From Spirochaetia bacterium (GTDB lineage Bacteria > Spirochaetota > Spirochaetia > UBA9216), in assembly GCA_963675665.1 (NCBI GenBank), contig OY776510.1, positions 96,001 through 160,000 on the forward strand: 64,000 nucleotides of DNA, in the 5' to 3' direction. The notes below the pieces were generated by a model that saw nothing but the letters and a program-made list of their open reading frames with translations, was not told where the DNA came from and ran no database searches. Positions 18,788 to 29,500 of this stretch are shown piece after piece. Numbering within the stretch: the first letter of the stretch is position 1; each line of letters begins with the position of its first letter. A program made the translations under genes and the position numbers.

Positions 18788-20230
18788 TTAAACCGATACT
18801 TTCTCTTTTTTCTTCGGATTCATGCACATCTTCTCGTCACCATACCATATTGCCCTTCCCGTGAAAGCATAGATAACCGCAATAATCGGTACAAAAAGGG
18901 CAAGATATACGAACGGAAAATACTGGGTAGTCGGTACCCCAAGCGCCCCGGTAAAAAATACACCGCAGAGACCCCACGGAACCATCGGTGAAAATACGGT
19001 ACCGGAATCTTCAAGTGTTCTTGAAAGAACATTGTTTCTCAGGTTCTGCTTCCTGTATTCAGGAATCATCATTCTTCCGGTAATTATAATTGCCATATAC
19101 TGGCTTGCTGTTGCAAGGTTAAGAAGAATACCTGAAACGACGGTTGTTGTAACAAGACCGCTTGGTTTTCTCAGCAGGACGGAAAGCTTGCCGAGGAAGA
19201 CTTCCAGCATTTTTGTTTTTTCCAGAATACCGCCAAAGGCAACACCGATAAATCCGAGTGAGACTGTCCACATCATGCCCTGAAGACCGCCCCTGCTGAC
19301 CAGTTTATCAACTACGGCAACACCGGTGTCTCCGGAGAATCCGTAATTCATAACATTTGTAATGGAAGTCAATGTGGCGCCCTGAAAGATCATTGCCAGA
19401 ATTGCCGCAATGATAGCCGAAATTATCATTGTCGGCAGCGAAGCCACTTTCTTGACGGCAAGAACAATAACCACTACAGGCGGGATAAGCAGCACAGGAT
19501 TAATAAAGTAATTTTCCTTGAGAGTAGTCAGAATGAGCCTAACCTGTGAGGTGTCTGCACTTCCCTTAACCTGAAAAGCTCCGAGTATTCCGTAAACTAC
19601 CAGTGCAAGAACAAAAGCAGGAACAGTTGTATACATCATGCTCTTAATATGGTCAAAAAGATCAGCTTCTCCTACTGCTGCAGCCAGGTTGGTTGAATCC
19701 GAAAGCGGCGACATTTTATCACCTATGATTGCTCCGCTTATAACAGCACCCGCCGTCATGGCAGGCGATACGCCAAGACCCATTCCGATACCCATCATGG
19801 CCACGCCTACGGTTCCGCCTGAAGTATAGCTGCTTCCGGTAGACATTGAAGTCAGGCCTACAATAACCGCGGCAGCTACCAGAAAATACGAAGGCTTAAG
19901 AATCAATAGTCCGTAATAGATAATTGTCTGAATTGTTCCCGAAGCAACCCAGGTTCCTATTACAACACCGATAATCATCAGTATAAGCATGGGGATCATT
20001 GCAAGATCCGCGCCGTATTGAATTGCATCCTGGATATCTTTCCACTTATATCCGGATCTCATAGCTACAATGGTTGCCACAATGATGTTTACAATCAAGG
20101 TAATATGTACGGGTATCCCTAACCACAGGACGGAGATGCCCATACTGGCAAACAGAAACAACAGAACGAATAAAACACTACCGAAACTTATTGCTTTCTT
20201 CCTTTCTTGATCTTTGATTTCGCTCATCAA
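18788..20230 (-). CDS. nhaC: NhaC-family transporter (probable amino-acid substrate)
   Basis: GSSYTSGGTVG, GAVISGAIIGDKMSPLSDSTNL, SRTLEDSGT. Confidence 0.9.
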   Translation of the reverse strand: MMSEIKDQERKKAISFGSVLFVLLFLFASMGISVLWLGIPVHITLIVNIIVATIVAMRSGYKWKDIQDAIQYGADLAMIPMLILMIIGVVIGTWVASGTIQTIIYYGLLILKPSYFLVAAAVIVGLTSMSTGSSYTSGGTVGVAMMGIGMGLGVSPAMTAGAVISGAIIGDKMSPLSDSTNLAAAVGEADLFDHIKSMMYTTVPAFVLALVVYGILGAFQVKGSADTSQVRLILTTLKENYFINPVLLIPPVVVIVLAVKKVASLPTMIISAIIAAILAMIFQGATLTSITNVMNYGFSGDTGVAVVDKLVSRGGLQGMMWTVSLGFIGVAFGGILEKTKMLEVFLGKLSVLLRKPSGLVTTTVVSGILLNLATASQYMAIIITGRMMIPEYRKQNLRNNVLSRTLEDSGTVFSPMVPWGLCGVFFTGALGVPTTQYFPFVYLALFVPIIAVIYAFTGRAIWYGDEKMCMNPKKKEKVSV

Positions 20231-20246
20231 ATTCTCCTCTATCTCT

Positions 20247-21458
20247 TCAATCTAATAATATTTTTATGAGGTAGTCATATATCGTTTCAGCTGTTCGGGC
20301 AGCCGTATCAATATAGACAAACTCATCTGCGCTGTGAAAATTTTCACCCATCGGACCGAATACATAAGTAGGTAAATCAGCTCGTGTGCCGAGATAGTTG
20401 AAATCGCCAATGCTGGAAAAATAATCAATATTTGCAGCAATCCCGGTTACATCCTTTATGCTTTGCTTCAGGATTTTCGTGTACGGGTTGCTCTCTGATA
20501 CTGTATATGGAAGGAAACTGTCGGCCCCGGGGTTCGGAGCCTCCCTGAACCTGACTTTAACCGTCCCCTTTACCCCGGCATCTTTGGCAGCCTTCAGTAT
20601 TTCATCACGAACCGAATCCGGCGTTTCCCCTACAGTAATATGACGGAACACTGAAAAGACAGCTTCTTCCGATACGGAGCAGGCTGCCTGGCCGCCACCG
20701 GAAGAGCTTGTTATACAGGTTGATCCTGCGCCCAGCTTCGGGTCTTCTATTCCCTTCAGCTCTTTTAACGCCACGATTAATTTTGAGGCTTCATAAATCG
20801 CGCTGACCCCCTTTTCAGGCTCTGCAGCATGCGCGCTTCGCCCTTTTACCGTTACCGTGTAGCTGAAACCGCCCCGCGCACCGAGGCACAGACAGGGAAA
20901 AGGCACGCGACAGAACCCCGAGCTCGGTTCCGGAACAATGGCAACATCACAATTATCAATAATTCCGTCTACAATTGCTGCATTGGTACCAAGGCCGTAA
21001 GGGCCTTCTTCATCACTTACAAGCGTATATAAAATACTGCCGTTAAATTCTTTTACATTTTCTTTGAACGCTTCGATAGCCAGCATAATGGCGGCGCAAC
21101 CGCTTTTCATATCAAGCGCGCCCACCCCATAGAGCTTTCCATCCACAAACTCGGCCCCGTACGGATCTTTTGTCCAGCCCTCGCACAAATTGACAGTATC
21201 AAGATGCCCGTTAAGCAGAACTTTCGGGCCGTCGCTGCCGCCCTTCAGCTCTCCTACTATATTTTTCCCGTTAAATCCGGTTACTTTATCTTCCTTAAAT
21301 TCATGCACCCGTGCGGGAATACCACGTTCTTTAAACCATTTATACGCAAAGTCCATAATTCGTGATTCATGAAAATACGGACTTTCAATTTGTATAAGAT
21401 CAGAAGTCAGTTTCAGTATTTTTTCATCAATACCTTCTATTACTTTTTCTCCATTCAT
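20247..21458 (-). CDS. M20 family (ArgE/DapE-like) metallo-deacylase
   Basis: NGHLDTV, GALDMKSG, SDEE, PEP and FHSADE metal ligands intact. Confidence 0.9.
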   Translation of the reverse strand: MNGEKVIEGIDEKILKLTSDLIQIESPYFHESRIMDFAYKWFKERGIPARVHEFKEDKVTGFNGKNIVGELKGGSDGPKVLLNGHLDTVNLCEGWTKDPYGAEFVDGKLYGVGALDMKSGCAAIMLAIEAFKENVKEFNGSILYTLVSDEEGPYGLGTNAAIVDGIIDNCDVAIVPEPSSGFCRVPFPCLCLGARGGFSYTVTVKGRSAHAAEPEKGVSAIYEASKLIVALKELKGIEDPKLGAGSTCITSSSGGGQAACSVSEEAVFSVFRHITVGETPDSVRDEILKAAKDAGVKGTVKVRFREAPNPGADSFLPYTVSESNPYTKILKQSIKDVTGIAANIDYFSSIGDFNYLGTRADLPTYVFGPMGENFHSADEFVYIDTAARTAETIYDYLIKILLD

Positions 21459-21467
21459 TAATTCATC

Positions 21468-22502
21468 CTATGTATACAGTTTTTCGAACATTTCTCTTAT
21501 CACGGGATTTTCCCTTAACACGTTTAAAGCTACCTCCGCATGTCCTTTTGTGTACCCGTTACCGATAATCATCTCTATATCCTTTCCTACACCTTCCGCG
21601 CCGAGCGCAGCCTTGGTAAAACTTGTTGCCATGCTGAAGAAATAGATTAAACCGTCTTCCTTAACGGAAAGGATCGAGGCCATTTCAGTATTCGGGATAT
21701 TTACATTATTTATTACGATATCAGCCGGCTTGCCGTGATTTGCTTTAAACAGCTTCTCCATAACATCCACAGCCATAGCGGCATCTGCCTGTATGATAGC
21801 ATCGGCAAGCCCGGTCTTGCGTATCCGCTCGCAACCGGCTTCGGAATGCGACAGGCCTATAATGCGTCCGGTTACGCCGGCGTGTTTTCTGGCTTCATGA
21901 AGACATAAAAGACCCGACTTGCCGCCGGCGCCTATGATAAAAACAGTTTGCCCCGGCTGAACAAGTTTTGCCGTCTGCGCGGGAGCTCCCGCTACATCAA
22001 GAACAGCAAGCCCGAGCGTGTCTTCCATGTCTGACGGCAGTTTCGCGTAAATTCCGCTTTCGAACAGTATGGCCTGCCCGTCGATATCAACCTGATCTAT
22101 ATTCTTTTTAATTTTCCTGATTTTATCTATTTTGAGCGGCGTTAACGACAGGGACACAAGGGTTGCAATCCTGTCTCCGACCTTGAGACCGTCATCTATC
22201 CGTGCATCTCCGATCTTCACAACCTCGCCGATCAGCATGCCGCCCGATCCGGTTACCGGATTCTGCATTTTTCCGCGTTCGTTAACTATGGCAAGAATCT
22301 GTTCGGCGATCTTGTCCTCATCTCCATTCGCCGCGTTTTTCAATTGGGTAAAACTTGCCGAATCAATATTAAGAGTCTGAACCTTGATCAGAACCTCGTT
22401 ATCATAGATTTCCATTGAATTATCAATTTTAACTGCCGTTTGAGGAAGAACTCCCTCAGGTTTGATAACCCGGTGCAATCCATAGCTGTTTCCTTTTTTC
22501 AT
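21468..22502 (-). CDS. kdd: L-erythro-3,5-diaminohexanoate dehydrogenase
   Basis: YGLHRVI, LNIDSASF, QNPVTGSGGM, TLVSLSLTPL, LDVAGAPAQ, GAGGKSG. Confidence 0.95.
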   Translation of the reverse strand: MKKGNSYGLHRVIKPEGVLPQTAVKIDNSMEIYDNEVLIKVQTLNIDSASFTQLKNAANGDEDKIAEQILAIVNERGKMQNPVTGSGGMLIGEVVKIGDARIDDGLKVGDRIATLVSLSLTPLKIDKIRKIKKNIDQVDIDGQAILFESGIYAKLPSDMEDTLGLAVLDVAGAPAQTAKLVQPGQTVFIIGAGGKSGLLCLHEARKHAGVTGRIIGLSHSEAGCERIRKTGLADAIIQADAAMAVDVMEKLFKANHGKPADIVINNVNIPNTEMASILSVKEDGLIYFFSMATSFTKAALGAEGVGKDIEMIIGNGYTKGHAEVALNVLRENPVIREMFEKLYT

Positions 22503-22516
22503 TATTGTTTCTCCTT

Positions 22517-23335
22517 CTAAGATATTTTCAGTATTTTTCGTGCTTCATCCGGAGCGGCTATTTCACGGCCGAATTCTTTTGCCAGACGCGCAACCCGCTC
22601 AACAAGCTGGGCATTACTTTCAGCAAGAACTCCGTATGAATAATAAATATTGTCTTCAAACCCGACCCGGACATGACCGCCGAGCGGGATCGTGTGATAA
22701 ACCATAGCCAGCTGATGCCGTCCTATACCCGAAGCGGTCCAGGTTGCTCCCGGGGGCAGCATTGAAATCATAAGAAGTAAATGCTCTATTGTTGCCGGCA
22801 TTCCACCCTTCACTCCAAGAACAAAATTGAAATGCATATGTTTAAGGCTCAGCTCTCCACGACAGATATCAAGCGCATTTGCAACATGTCCGGAATCAAA
22901 ACATTCAAGCTCCGGCAGAATATTCAGAGTGGTCAGCCGGTGCGCAAAACTGCGGATCATCTCAGGAGTATTGATAAAGACATCGTTTTCTCCGAAATTT
23001 ATCGAACCGCAATCAAGGCTTACCATTTCAGGCTTCAGTTCCACAGGCTGCTGGCGCTCTTCATAAGACATATTCACCGCCCCTCCGGTCGAGGGCTGTA
23101 TTATCGCCCGGACACCTTTCTGCTTCATCAGGTCTATTGTCTCCCTGAAGACTTCAATATCCTGAGTCGGCAGTCCTTTATCATCTCTTACATGGAGATG
23201 AATAACTGAAGCCCCGGCTTTTTCCGCATCCAGTGCGGCAACCGCAAGCTCTTCAGGTGTTATCGGAAGATTCTTGTTATCGACTTTTCTGACCTCAGCT
23301 CCGCATATGGCTGCAGTGATTATTAGTTTTTCCAT
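22517..23335 (-). CDS. kce: 3-keto-5-aminohexanoate cleavage enzyme
   Basis: KLIITAAICGAE, IHLHVR, QPSTGG, GGHVRVGFEDN. Confidence 0.95.
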   Translation of the reverse strand: MEKLIITAAICGAEVRKVDNKNLPITPEELAVAALDAEKAGASVIHLHVRDDKGLPTQDIEVFRETIDLMKQKGVRAIIQPSTGGAVNMSYEERQQPVELKPEMVSLDCGSINFGENDVFINTPEMIRSFAHRLTTLNILPELECFDSGHVANALDICRGELSLKHMHFNFVLGVKGGMPATIEHLLLMISMLPPGATWTASGIGRHQLAMVYHTIPLGGHVRVGFEDNIYYSYGVLAESNAQLVERVARLAKEFGREIAAPDEARKILKIS

Positions 23336-23337
23336 TT

Positions 23338-24075
23338 TTACATCCTTATGTTCTGTACAATATATGAAGCTACATCCGGCGGAAGAGATCCCGGCCCAAA
23401 CCCTGCGTCAAATCCCAGTTCCAGCGCCAATTCATGACTCAGCCTTGGTCCTCCGACAATCGTAACGAATTTATCTCTCAGTTCTTCCGCTTCCAGAAGC
23501 TCAACAAACTGAGTCAGGTTTTTGATGTGCACATCCTTTTGAGTGACGATCTGGGAGATCAGAATTGCATCGGCCTTTTTTTCAACGGCAAATTTAATCA
23601 GTTCTTCGTTAGAAACCTGGCTGCCGAGATTATATGCATCTATTTCCGGATACCGCTCAAGGCCGTATTCACCGGCATACCCTTTCATATTCATTATCGC
23701 ATCCAGCCCAACCGTATGAGCATCTGAACCGGTGCAGGCGCCTACGACTACTACCTTGCGACCAATATTTTTCTTTATGTAAGCATTGATCTCGTAAAAA
23801 CTCATTACGGGGGTTTCAACTTTCGGAATATGAATTGCGGTTGCATCTATGGAATGAACACAGGAGCCGTATACAACAAAAAAAGTTAATCCGCTGCCGA
23901 CTGTTTTCATATCCGCTACATCAATATTTTCCATTCCCATTTTTGCGGCCAGCTGCCTTGCGGCTTCACGTCCTTCAGGACTTCTTTCAACCGGAAGGCT
24001 GAAACTGAGCTGAACTTTGCCGTCGTTCAGGGTATCTCCGTATGCCCGAAGGTTCTTTTTATCTACACCTTTCAT
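23338..24075 (-). CDS. kamE: Lysine 5,6-aminomutase beta subunit (B12/PLP)
   Basis: YGDTLNDGKVQLSF; DAHTVG B12 motif; MNMKG PLP lysine. Confidence 0.95.
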   Translation of the reverse strand: MKGVDKKNLRAYGDTLNDGKVQLSFSLPVERSPEGREAARQLAAKMGMENIDVADMKTVGSGLTFFVVYGSCVHSIDATAIHIPKVETPVMSFYEINAYIKKNIGRKVVVVGACTGSDAHTVGLDAIMNMKGYAGEYGLERYPEIDAYNLGSQVSNEELIKFAVEKKADAILISQIVTQKDVHIKNLTQFVELLEAEELRDKFVTIVGGPRLSHELALELGFDAGFGPGSLPPDVASYIVQNIRM

Positions 24076-25646
24076 TTTATTCCAAGTTCCTTTTTAAAGA
24101 TTTCCAAGAATGGATTCAGATAGTCTTTATCTTTTTCGATTACACCGGCGGCACCCTTGCCCCCGTTAAGCGGCCTTGAAATATTTGCAAAAACGCCCCG
24201 GGATATGGCATCCATCAGGCCTTTTTCCGATATTTCTTCAAGCATATCCGTTGTTTCCTGTAAAACCTGATCTGCCCTTTTTTGAATCCGGCCGTCCTTC
24301 TTGAATTGGATTTCTTCACTTAAATGTCTTGCATTATTAAATACATAATTTGCGTTTTCGATAGAAAGGGCCCTGTCCTGAAGAAACGGTGTGTGAATAG
24401 CTTCCGTAAGCATGCCGAGAAGCTGAATGCTTTGCCCGGTCAGCACCGACGCCAGATTGAACATGCAATCCATCAGATGTCCCTTGAATATATTTCCTGT
24501 CATGTGCTTTGTCGGAGGCATGTATTTGATCGGGGCTTCGGGAAAAAGCTGCCGGACAAGCTGAGCCTGAGCCAATTCCATCAGAAATCCGTCTTCAATA
24601 TCCGGGTTTATCTCGAAAGCATGACCCAATCCCATCTGATCAGGTTTTAATCCGGATCGATATGCCAGTTCTTCATTGATAAACTGGGAAACAACTACGG
24701 TATGTGCTTCCTCAACCGCATCGGCGGTAGTCAGGTAATTATCCTCGCCGGTATTTATTATAATTCCGGCAAAAGCGTTAATCATTCTGGAAAAATACTG
24801 ATCGATAAATGTCCGCTTCATATTGATATCTCTGAACAGAATGCCGTACATTGCATCGTTGAGCATCATATCAAGCCGCTCAACAGCACCCATTGCGGAT
24901 ATTTCAGGCATTGCCAGCCCTGAGGCATAATTCACTAGCCTTACATATTTTCCGGTTTCAAGTGCAACTTCATCCAGGGCTTTTCGCATAATGCGAAAAT
25001 TCTCCTGAGTAGCATAAGTTCCCCCGAAACCTTCCGTTGTAGCCCCATACGGAACATAATCCAGCAGACTCTGCGCTGTGCTTCGGATAACCGCAATAAT
25101 ATCCGCTCCGCTTCGGGCTGCCGACTGGGCCTGAAAAACATCTTCGTATATATTACCTGTTGCAACTATGACATACAGCCAGGGTTCAGGCCCGGACGGT
25201 CTCACACTGAGCTCTTCCTCTCTTTTTTTCCGCTGTTCTTCAATTCTCTGTACGGTTTTTGCTGTATAACTTTCAAGCGCCTTTCTTACTTCTGCTTCCG
25301 AATGCTGCGGCAACCCGGTGAGTCGAATCTCGTTCTTGTCAACCATTTCGGCAATTTCCCGGGGCGTTTTCCCTGTTTCAATAACAGCGTTACCCAGCCA
25401 GTAATATATTCCGCGGCCTAAAGCTCCTGATTCGTTGACACTATCAACTACGATATTCGGCAGGGGTGTTCCGCCTGAATCAACCCCGTCGATACCTAGA
25501 AACCTTGCAACGGTTCTCTCCACCGAGGTTGTAGTATTTTTATCAATATGAACCTGAATATCATCAGCTATGGAACGGGAAGCACTGCGGCAGCGTGCCA
25601 CAAGCGCCTGATCAACTATTAATTTATCCTGTAAATTTCTTCCCAT
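24072..25646 (-). CDS. kamD: Lysine 5,6-aminomutase alpha subunit
   Basis: YVIVATGNIYED, IRSTAQSLLDYVPYG, GGTYATQENF, KYMPPTK, LTEAIHTP. Confidence 0.95.
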   Translation of the reverse strand: MGRNLQDKLIVDQALVARCRSASRSIADDIQVHIDKNTTTSVERTVARFLGIDGVDSGGTPLPNIVVDSVNESGALGRGIYYWLGNAVIETGKTPREIAEMVDKNEIRLTGLPQHSEAEVRKALESYTAKTVQRIEEQRKKREEELSVRPSGPEPWLYVIVATGNIYEDVFQAQSAARSGADIIAVIRSTAQSLLDYVPYGATTEGFGGTYATQENFRIMRKALDEVALETGKYVRLVNYASGLAMPEISAMGAVERLDMMLNDAMYGILFRDINMKRTFIDQYFSRMINAFAGIIINTGEDNYLTTADAVEEAHTVVVSQFINEELAYRSGLKPDQMGLGHAFEINPDIEDGFLMELAQAQLVRQLFPEAPIKYMPPTKHMTGNIFKGHLMDCMFNLASVLTGQSIQLLGMLTEAIHTPFLQDRALSIENANYVFNNARHLSEEIQFKKDGRIQKRADQVLQETTDMLEEISEKGLMDAISRGVFANISRPLNGGKGAAGVIEKDKDYLNPFLEIFKKELGIK

Positions 25647-25683
25647 CTGCGAATCCTCTCATAACACTATTATAAACTTATGA

Positions 25684-25699
25684 TGCAACAACTGTGCCA
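25684..25699 (-). promoter_or_regulatory. sigma54 -24/-12 promoter of the kamD operon
   Basis: TGGCAC-AGTTG-TTGCA, a consensus match 38 bp upstream of kamD. Confidence 0.9.
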
Positions 25700-25793
25700 A
25701 AAAAGTTTCTCCCGATATAAGCATACTTTTGTTGTATATTGGCCGAAACGGATGTATAATCCGTATAAACAGCTGATGCAAATAAGATTCAAT

Positions 25794-25829
25794 GATTCGT
25801 TTTAGAATCGTTTGATTCATAAATGAATC
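25794..25829. promoter_or_regulatory. Tandem palindromic upstream activator sites
   Basis: GATTC-N6-GAATC at 25794-25809 and 25814-25829, about 100-130 bp from the sigma54 promoter. Confidence 0.65.
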
Positions 25830-27574
25830 GTTTTATTGAGGAGATCATTATTTTAAATTCAATTTTGAATTCGCTTGAAGAAGGAATACTGGTTGCAGAT
25901 CCTGAGTTAAGAATTATTTTCATGAACCCCAAGGCCGAAACGATTCTTAAACTGAATACCGACAAGCATACCGGCCGGGTTTTATGGGAAACTGATCTCG
26001 CCCCCGAGATACTCCTTATCCTGACATCAAAAAAAACGGGATACACCCACAGGCTTGATGTCGGAGGCGAATCCATTCTTGTAAAAGGACTGCCTTTTTC
26101 CGATAAAACAGAAGCAAAAGGTTCGATCTGGATAATACAAAGAACCTCTGATGCACCGGAAACAGACTCGCTCATCTGCAAAACAACCGAACAGGAACTG
26201 AACGCAATTATTGAATCGGTCTCCGACGGCATCTACGTAACGGACGGAAAAGGAATAACCCTGCGTGTTAATTCAGCTTTTCAACAGATTACGGGAATTA
26301 AAGAAAATGACGTTAAGGGTCTTCATGTTGAAGATCTGATAAAAATGGACGTCTTCAGGAAATCAGCTACAGTTTCCGTTCTTGCAGAAAAAAGACAGGT
26401 CAGTATGGTAGAGAACCTTAAGATAGGAAAAGAAGTTCTTCTTACCGGCACGCCTGTATTTGATAACAATAATGAGATCTTCAGGGTTGTAACCACATTA
26501 AGGGATATTGAAAGCCTCAATGAACTCAAGAAAAAGCTTGCCGTCTCCCAGGAAAAAACAAAACTGTATGAGAAGGAACTTTTTCAGCTAAGACTTCAGC
26601 AGATGGATATGGAGAATGTCGTAATTAACTCCCGCCAGATGCATGAAGCGGTACAGACCGCCATGCGCCTTGGAGAAGTTAATTCAAATGTGCTGATTTC
26701 CGGAGAATCCGGGGTAGGAAAGGATATTATTGCCAGAATTATACATAAAACCGGGCTCGGAGAGGACGCGCCGCTGATTACAAGCAATTGCGGGGCTATT
26801 CCGGAGTCATTAATCGAGTCTGAGCTCTTCGGATACGAAGGAGGCGCCTTTACCGGTGCGAAAAAAGAAGGCAGCCCCGGACTGTTTGAACTGGCCCGCG
26901 GAGGCACCCTTTTCCTGGACGAGATTGGAGAACTGCCGATCAGTTTTCAGTCGAAGTTCCTCAGGGCTATCCAGGAAAAGGAAATAAGACGAGTTGGGGG
27001 CAACAAGCCCATCAAACTGGACTTCAGGCTTATTGCCGCTACCAACCGTGATCTTGAAGAAATGGTCAGCAGGAAACTTTTTCGCAGCGACCTGTTTTAC
27101 CGGCTGAATGTTGTTCCTCTTAACATCCCGCCGTTACGGGAACGCAGGGAAAGTATCGTAATTTTTGTTTATAAATTCCTCGAAGTATATAACCGCCAGT
27201 TCAACAGGGTTGTTCAGATCAGTCCGGAAGCGCTTCAGATCCTCGAGGATTACGACTGGCCCGGAAACGTACGTGAACTGAAAAACCTGATTGAGCGGCT
27301 GGTGGTTCTGGTTGTCGGAAACGTTATTGAAGCAAACGATATTCCGAGATATATCAGAAGCGTACATTCGGAAGAAACAGAAAACCAGATCTCACTGCAT
27401 GGAATTATGCCGCTGAACAGGGCCATTGAGGAACTCGAATATCAACTGCTGACAAAAACTTACAAAAAATACTCATCAACCAGGGAAACCGCCAAAATAC
27501 TCGGTATCAGCCAGTCTCAGGTGTCGAGAAAACTGACCAAATACAATATCTATAACGGCCCCGAAGAAAACTGA
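25823..27574 (+). CDS. PAS-PAS sigma54-dependent transcriptional activator
   Basis: Two PAS-like regions, GESGVGKD, ESELFG..GAFTGA, FLDEIGE, WPGNVREL, C-terminal HTH. Confidence 0.95.
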   Translation: MNRFIEEIIILNSILNSLEEGILVADPELRIIFMNPKAETILKLNTDKHTGRVLWETDLAPEILLILTSKKTGYTHRLDVGGESILVKGLPFSDKTEAKGSIWIIQRTSDAPETDSLICKTTEQELNAIIESVSDGIYVTDGKGITLRVNSAFQQITGIKENDVKGLHVEDLIKMDVFRKSATVSVLAEKRQVSMVENLKIGKEVLLTGTPVFDNNNEIFRVVTTLRDIESLNELKKKLAVSQEKTKLYEKELFQLRLQQMDMENVVINSRQMHEAVQTAMRLGEVNSNVLISGESGVGKDIIARIIHKTGLGEDAPLITSNCGAIPESLIESELFGYEGGAFTGAKKEGSPGLFELARGGTLFLDEIGELPISFQSKFLRAIQEKEIRRVGGNKPIKLDFRLIAATNRDLEEMVSRKLFRSDLFYRLNVVPLNIPPLRERRESIVIFVYKFLEVYNRQFNRVVQISPEALQILEDYDWPGNVRELKNLIERLVVLVVGNVIEANDIPRYIRSVHSEETENQISLHGIMPLNRAIEELEYQLLTKTYKKYSSTRETAKILGISQSQVSRKLTKYNIYNGPEEN

Positions 27575-27649
27575 GATCGAATTGATCTGACGGCTGCCGC
27601 AATCTTTCACTTTTTGCTTCAAACGCGCCTCCGTTATCCCTTTTGATAA

Positions 27650-27665
27650 TGGCACACTTATTGCA
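27650..27665 (+). promoter_or_regulatory. sigma54 promoter of the CoA-transferase-kal operon
   Basis: TGGCAC-ACTTA-TTGCA. Confidence 0.9.
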
Positions 27666-27698
27666 TATATTAAATTAACTTTTAGGAGGAACAGAAAT

Positions 27699-28718
27699 AT
27701 GGATACAAAATATGATGACTGCGGTGTCCTGGATTCCGGTACGGGACCTGTTTTTATGGATCCCGATCCGGACAAAGCCCGATTATTTTTTAGAAATAAA
27801 TCAAAAAAAATGTCTGTTAAACTTACATCCATGGAAGAAGCCGTTCGGGCAAATGTTCATGACGGGGATTACCTTGTGGTTGGAGGATTCGGTTCCAACC
27901 GAACTCCGTTCCATGCTGTTCACGAGATTGTCCGTCAAAAAAGAAAACATCTGAAATTTGCCGGACACACGTCCACTCACGATATGCAGGTTCTGGCTGC
28001 CGGCAATACCTTTGATTGCATCGATATAGCTTATATCATCGGGCTGGAAGCCCGCGGACTTTCGAAATGCAGCCGCAAACTCTTCGAGGAAAACCGTGTA
28101 CAGTTCAATGAAGATACGAACTACGGTCTTGCCATGAGGTTTAAAGCGGCAGCCATGGGTATTCCGTACATACCGACACGTAATGTTATGGGAACAGACA
28201 CATTCAGGAACGGATGCGGGAAGATCATAACCTGTCCGTTTACAGGAAAGAAACTTGTTGCAAAACCTGCCATTTATCCCGATGTTTCAGTCCTTCATGT
28301 ACATGAAGCAGACAAATACGGCAATGCACGTTTCAGGGGCATATCTGTTTCCGATATAGATGTAGCCAATTGCACAAAGAGGCTGATCATAACTGCCGAA
28401 CGTATTATTGACCATGAGGAATTCCGCAACAACCCGGATTCTACAATGATTCCGTACTATCTGGTAGACGCCGTCGTTTCTTCCCCATGGGGAGCATACC
28501 CGGGAACCATGCCTTATGAATATTTTTCCGATGAAGATCATCTCGGCGAATGGCTTTCAGCTGAAAAAGACCCCGAAACATTCAGGAAATTTCTCGACAA
28601 AAACATTTACAGCTGCAAAAATCATTTCGAATATATAGAAAAAAACGGCGGACTCGAAAAAATGGCGCATCTTCACGAGCTTGAGATGCTTACTTACAAG
28701 GAGGACAGCAATGGCTGA
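27699..28718 (+). CDS. Family I CoA-transferase subunit A (glutaconate CoA-transferase-like)
   Basis: DGDYLVVGGFG, RFKAAAMGIPY, CPFTG, HVHEADKYGNA. Confidence 0.85.
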   Translation: MDTKYDDCGVLDSGTGPVFMDPDPDKARLFFRNKSKKMSVKLTSMEEAVRANVHDGDYLVVGGFGSNRTPFHAVHEIVRQKRKHLKFAGHTSTHDMQVLAAGNTFDCIDIAYIIGLEARGLSKCSRKLFEENRVQFNEDTNYGLAMRFKAAAMGIPYIPTRNVMGTDTFRNGCGKIITCPFTGKKLVAKPAIYPDVSVLHVHEADKYGNARFRGISVSDIDVANCTKRLIITAERIIDHEEFRNNPDSTMIPYYLVDAVVSSPWGAYPGTMPYEYFSDEDHLGEWLSAEKDPETFRKFLDKNIYSCKNHFEYIEKNGGLEKMAHLHELEMLTYKEDSNG

Positions 28719-29478
28719 TTACAATACAATGGAACTGATGATTGTCGCCGCATCCAGAGAGCTGGAAAACGGCGCAACCGTCGGTGTAGGTACCGGGGCC
28801 CCCTGCGCCGCCGCCATGCTTGCCCAGAAAACGCATGCGCCGGATCTGGTCATCCTTTTTGAAGCGGGCGGAATCAGCCCCCAACTGCCTGAAATGCCCA
28901 TAAGCGTCGGCGACAGCCGGACTTTCTACCGCGCAATCAAGGCAGGCGGCATGTGCGATATCATGGATGCATGCGCCAGGGGTCTGGTTGATTATACCTT
29001 TCTCGGAGGTGCGCAGATAGACATGTACGGCAACCTTAATTCAACAGTTATCGGCGACTATGAAAAACCGAAGGTCAGACTTCCCGGAAGCGGAGGCGCA
29101 AACGATTTTGCTTCATTCTGCTGGCGGACAATGGTAATTACGCCCCAGGACAAACGGCGGTTTGTTGAAAAACTTGATTTTCTGACCACTCCGGGATGGA
29201 TTACCGGGGGTAATTCAAGAACAGAGGCAGGTCTTCCGGAAGATACAGGCCCATATAAAATAATCACTGATATGGCAATTATGGGTTTTGACGAAGAATC
29301 AAAGCGTATGACCGTTCTGAGCCTCAATCCGGGAAGCACAAAAGAAATGGTGCAGGAAAACTGCGGCTTCGAGCTTCTCTGGGCAAAAAACATCACTGAA
29401 ACGCCTCCTCCGACAAAAGAGGAGCTCAGGATATTAAGAGAACAGGTTGACCCAAAGAAATATATTATAGGCCGGTAA
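28711..29478 (+). CDS. Family I CoA-transferase subunit B (GctB-like)
   Basis: VGTGAP, LFEAG catalytic Glu, [20 protein letters not shown]. Confidence 0.85.
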   Translation: MADYNTMELMIVAASRELENGATVGVGTGAPCAAAMLAQKTHAPDLVILFEAGGISPQLPEMPISVGDSRTFYRAIKAGGMCDIMDACARGLVDYTFLGGAQIDMYGNLNSTVIGDYEKPKVRLPGSGGANDFASFCWRTMVITPQDKRRFVEKLDFLTTPGWITGGNSRTEAGLPEDTGPYKIITDMAIMGFDEESKRMTVLSLNPGSTKEMVQENCGFELLWAKNITETPPPTKEELRILREQVDPKKYIIGR

Positions 29479-29500
29479 AATAAAAAGGAGAAATACATCA

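Noticed and set aside
25647-25822. Lysine or cobalamin riboswitch upstream of kamD
   Set aside because: The sigma54 promoter is only 38 bp from the start codon, leaving no room, and no conserved motifs were seen
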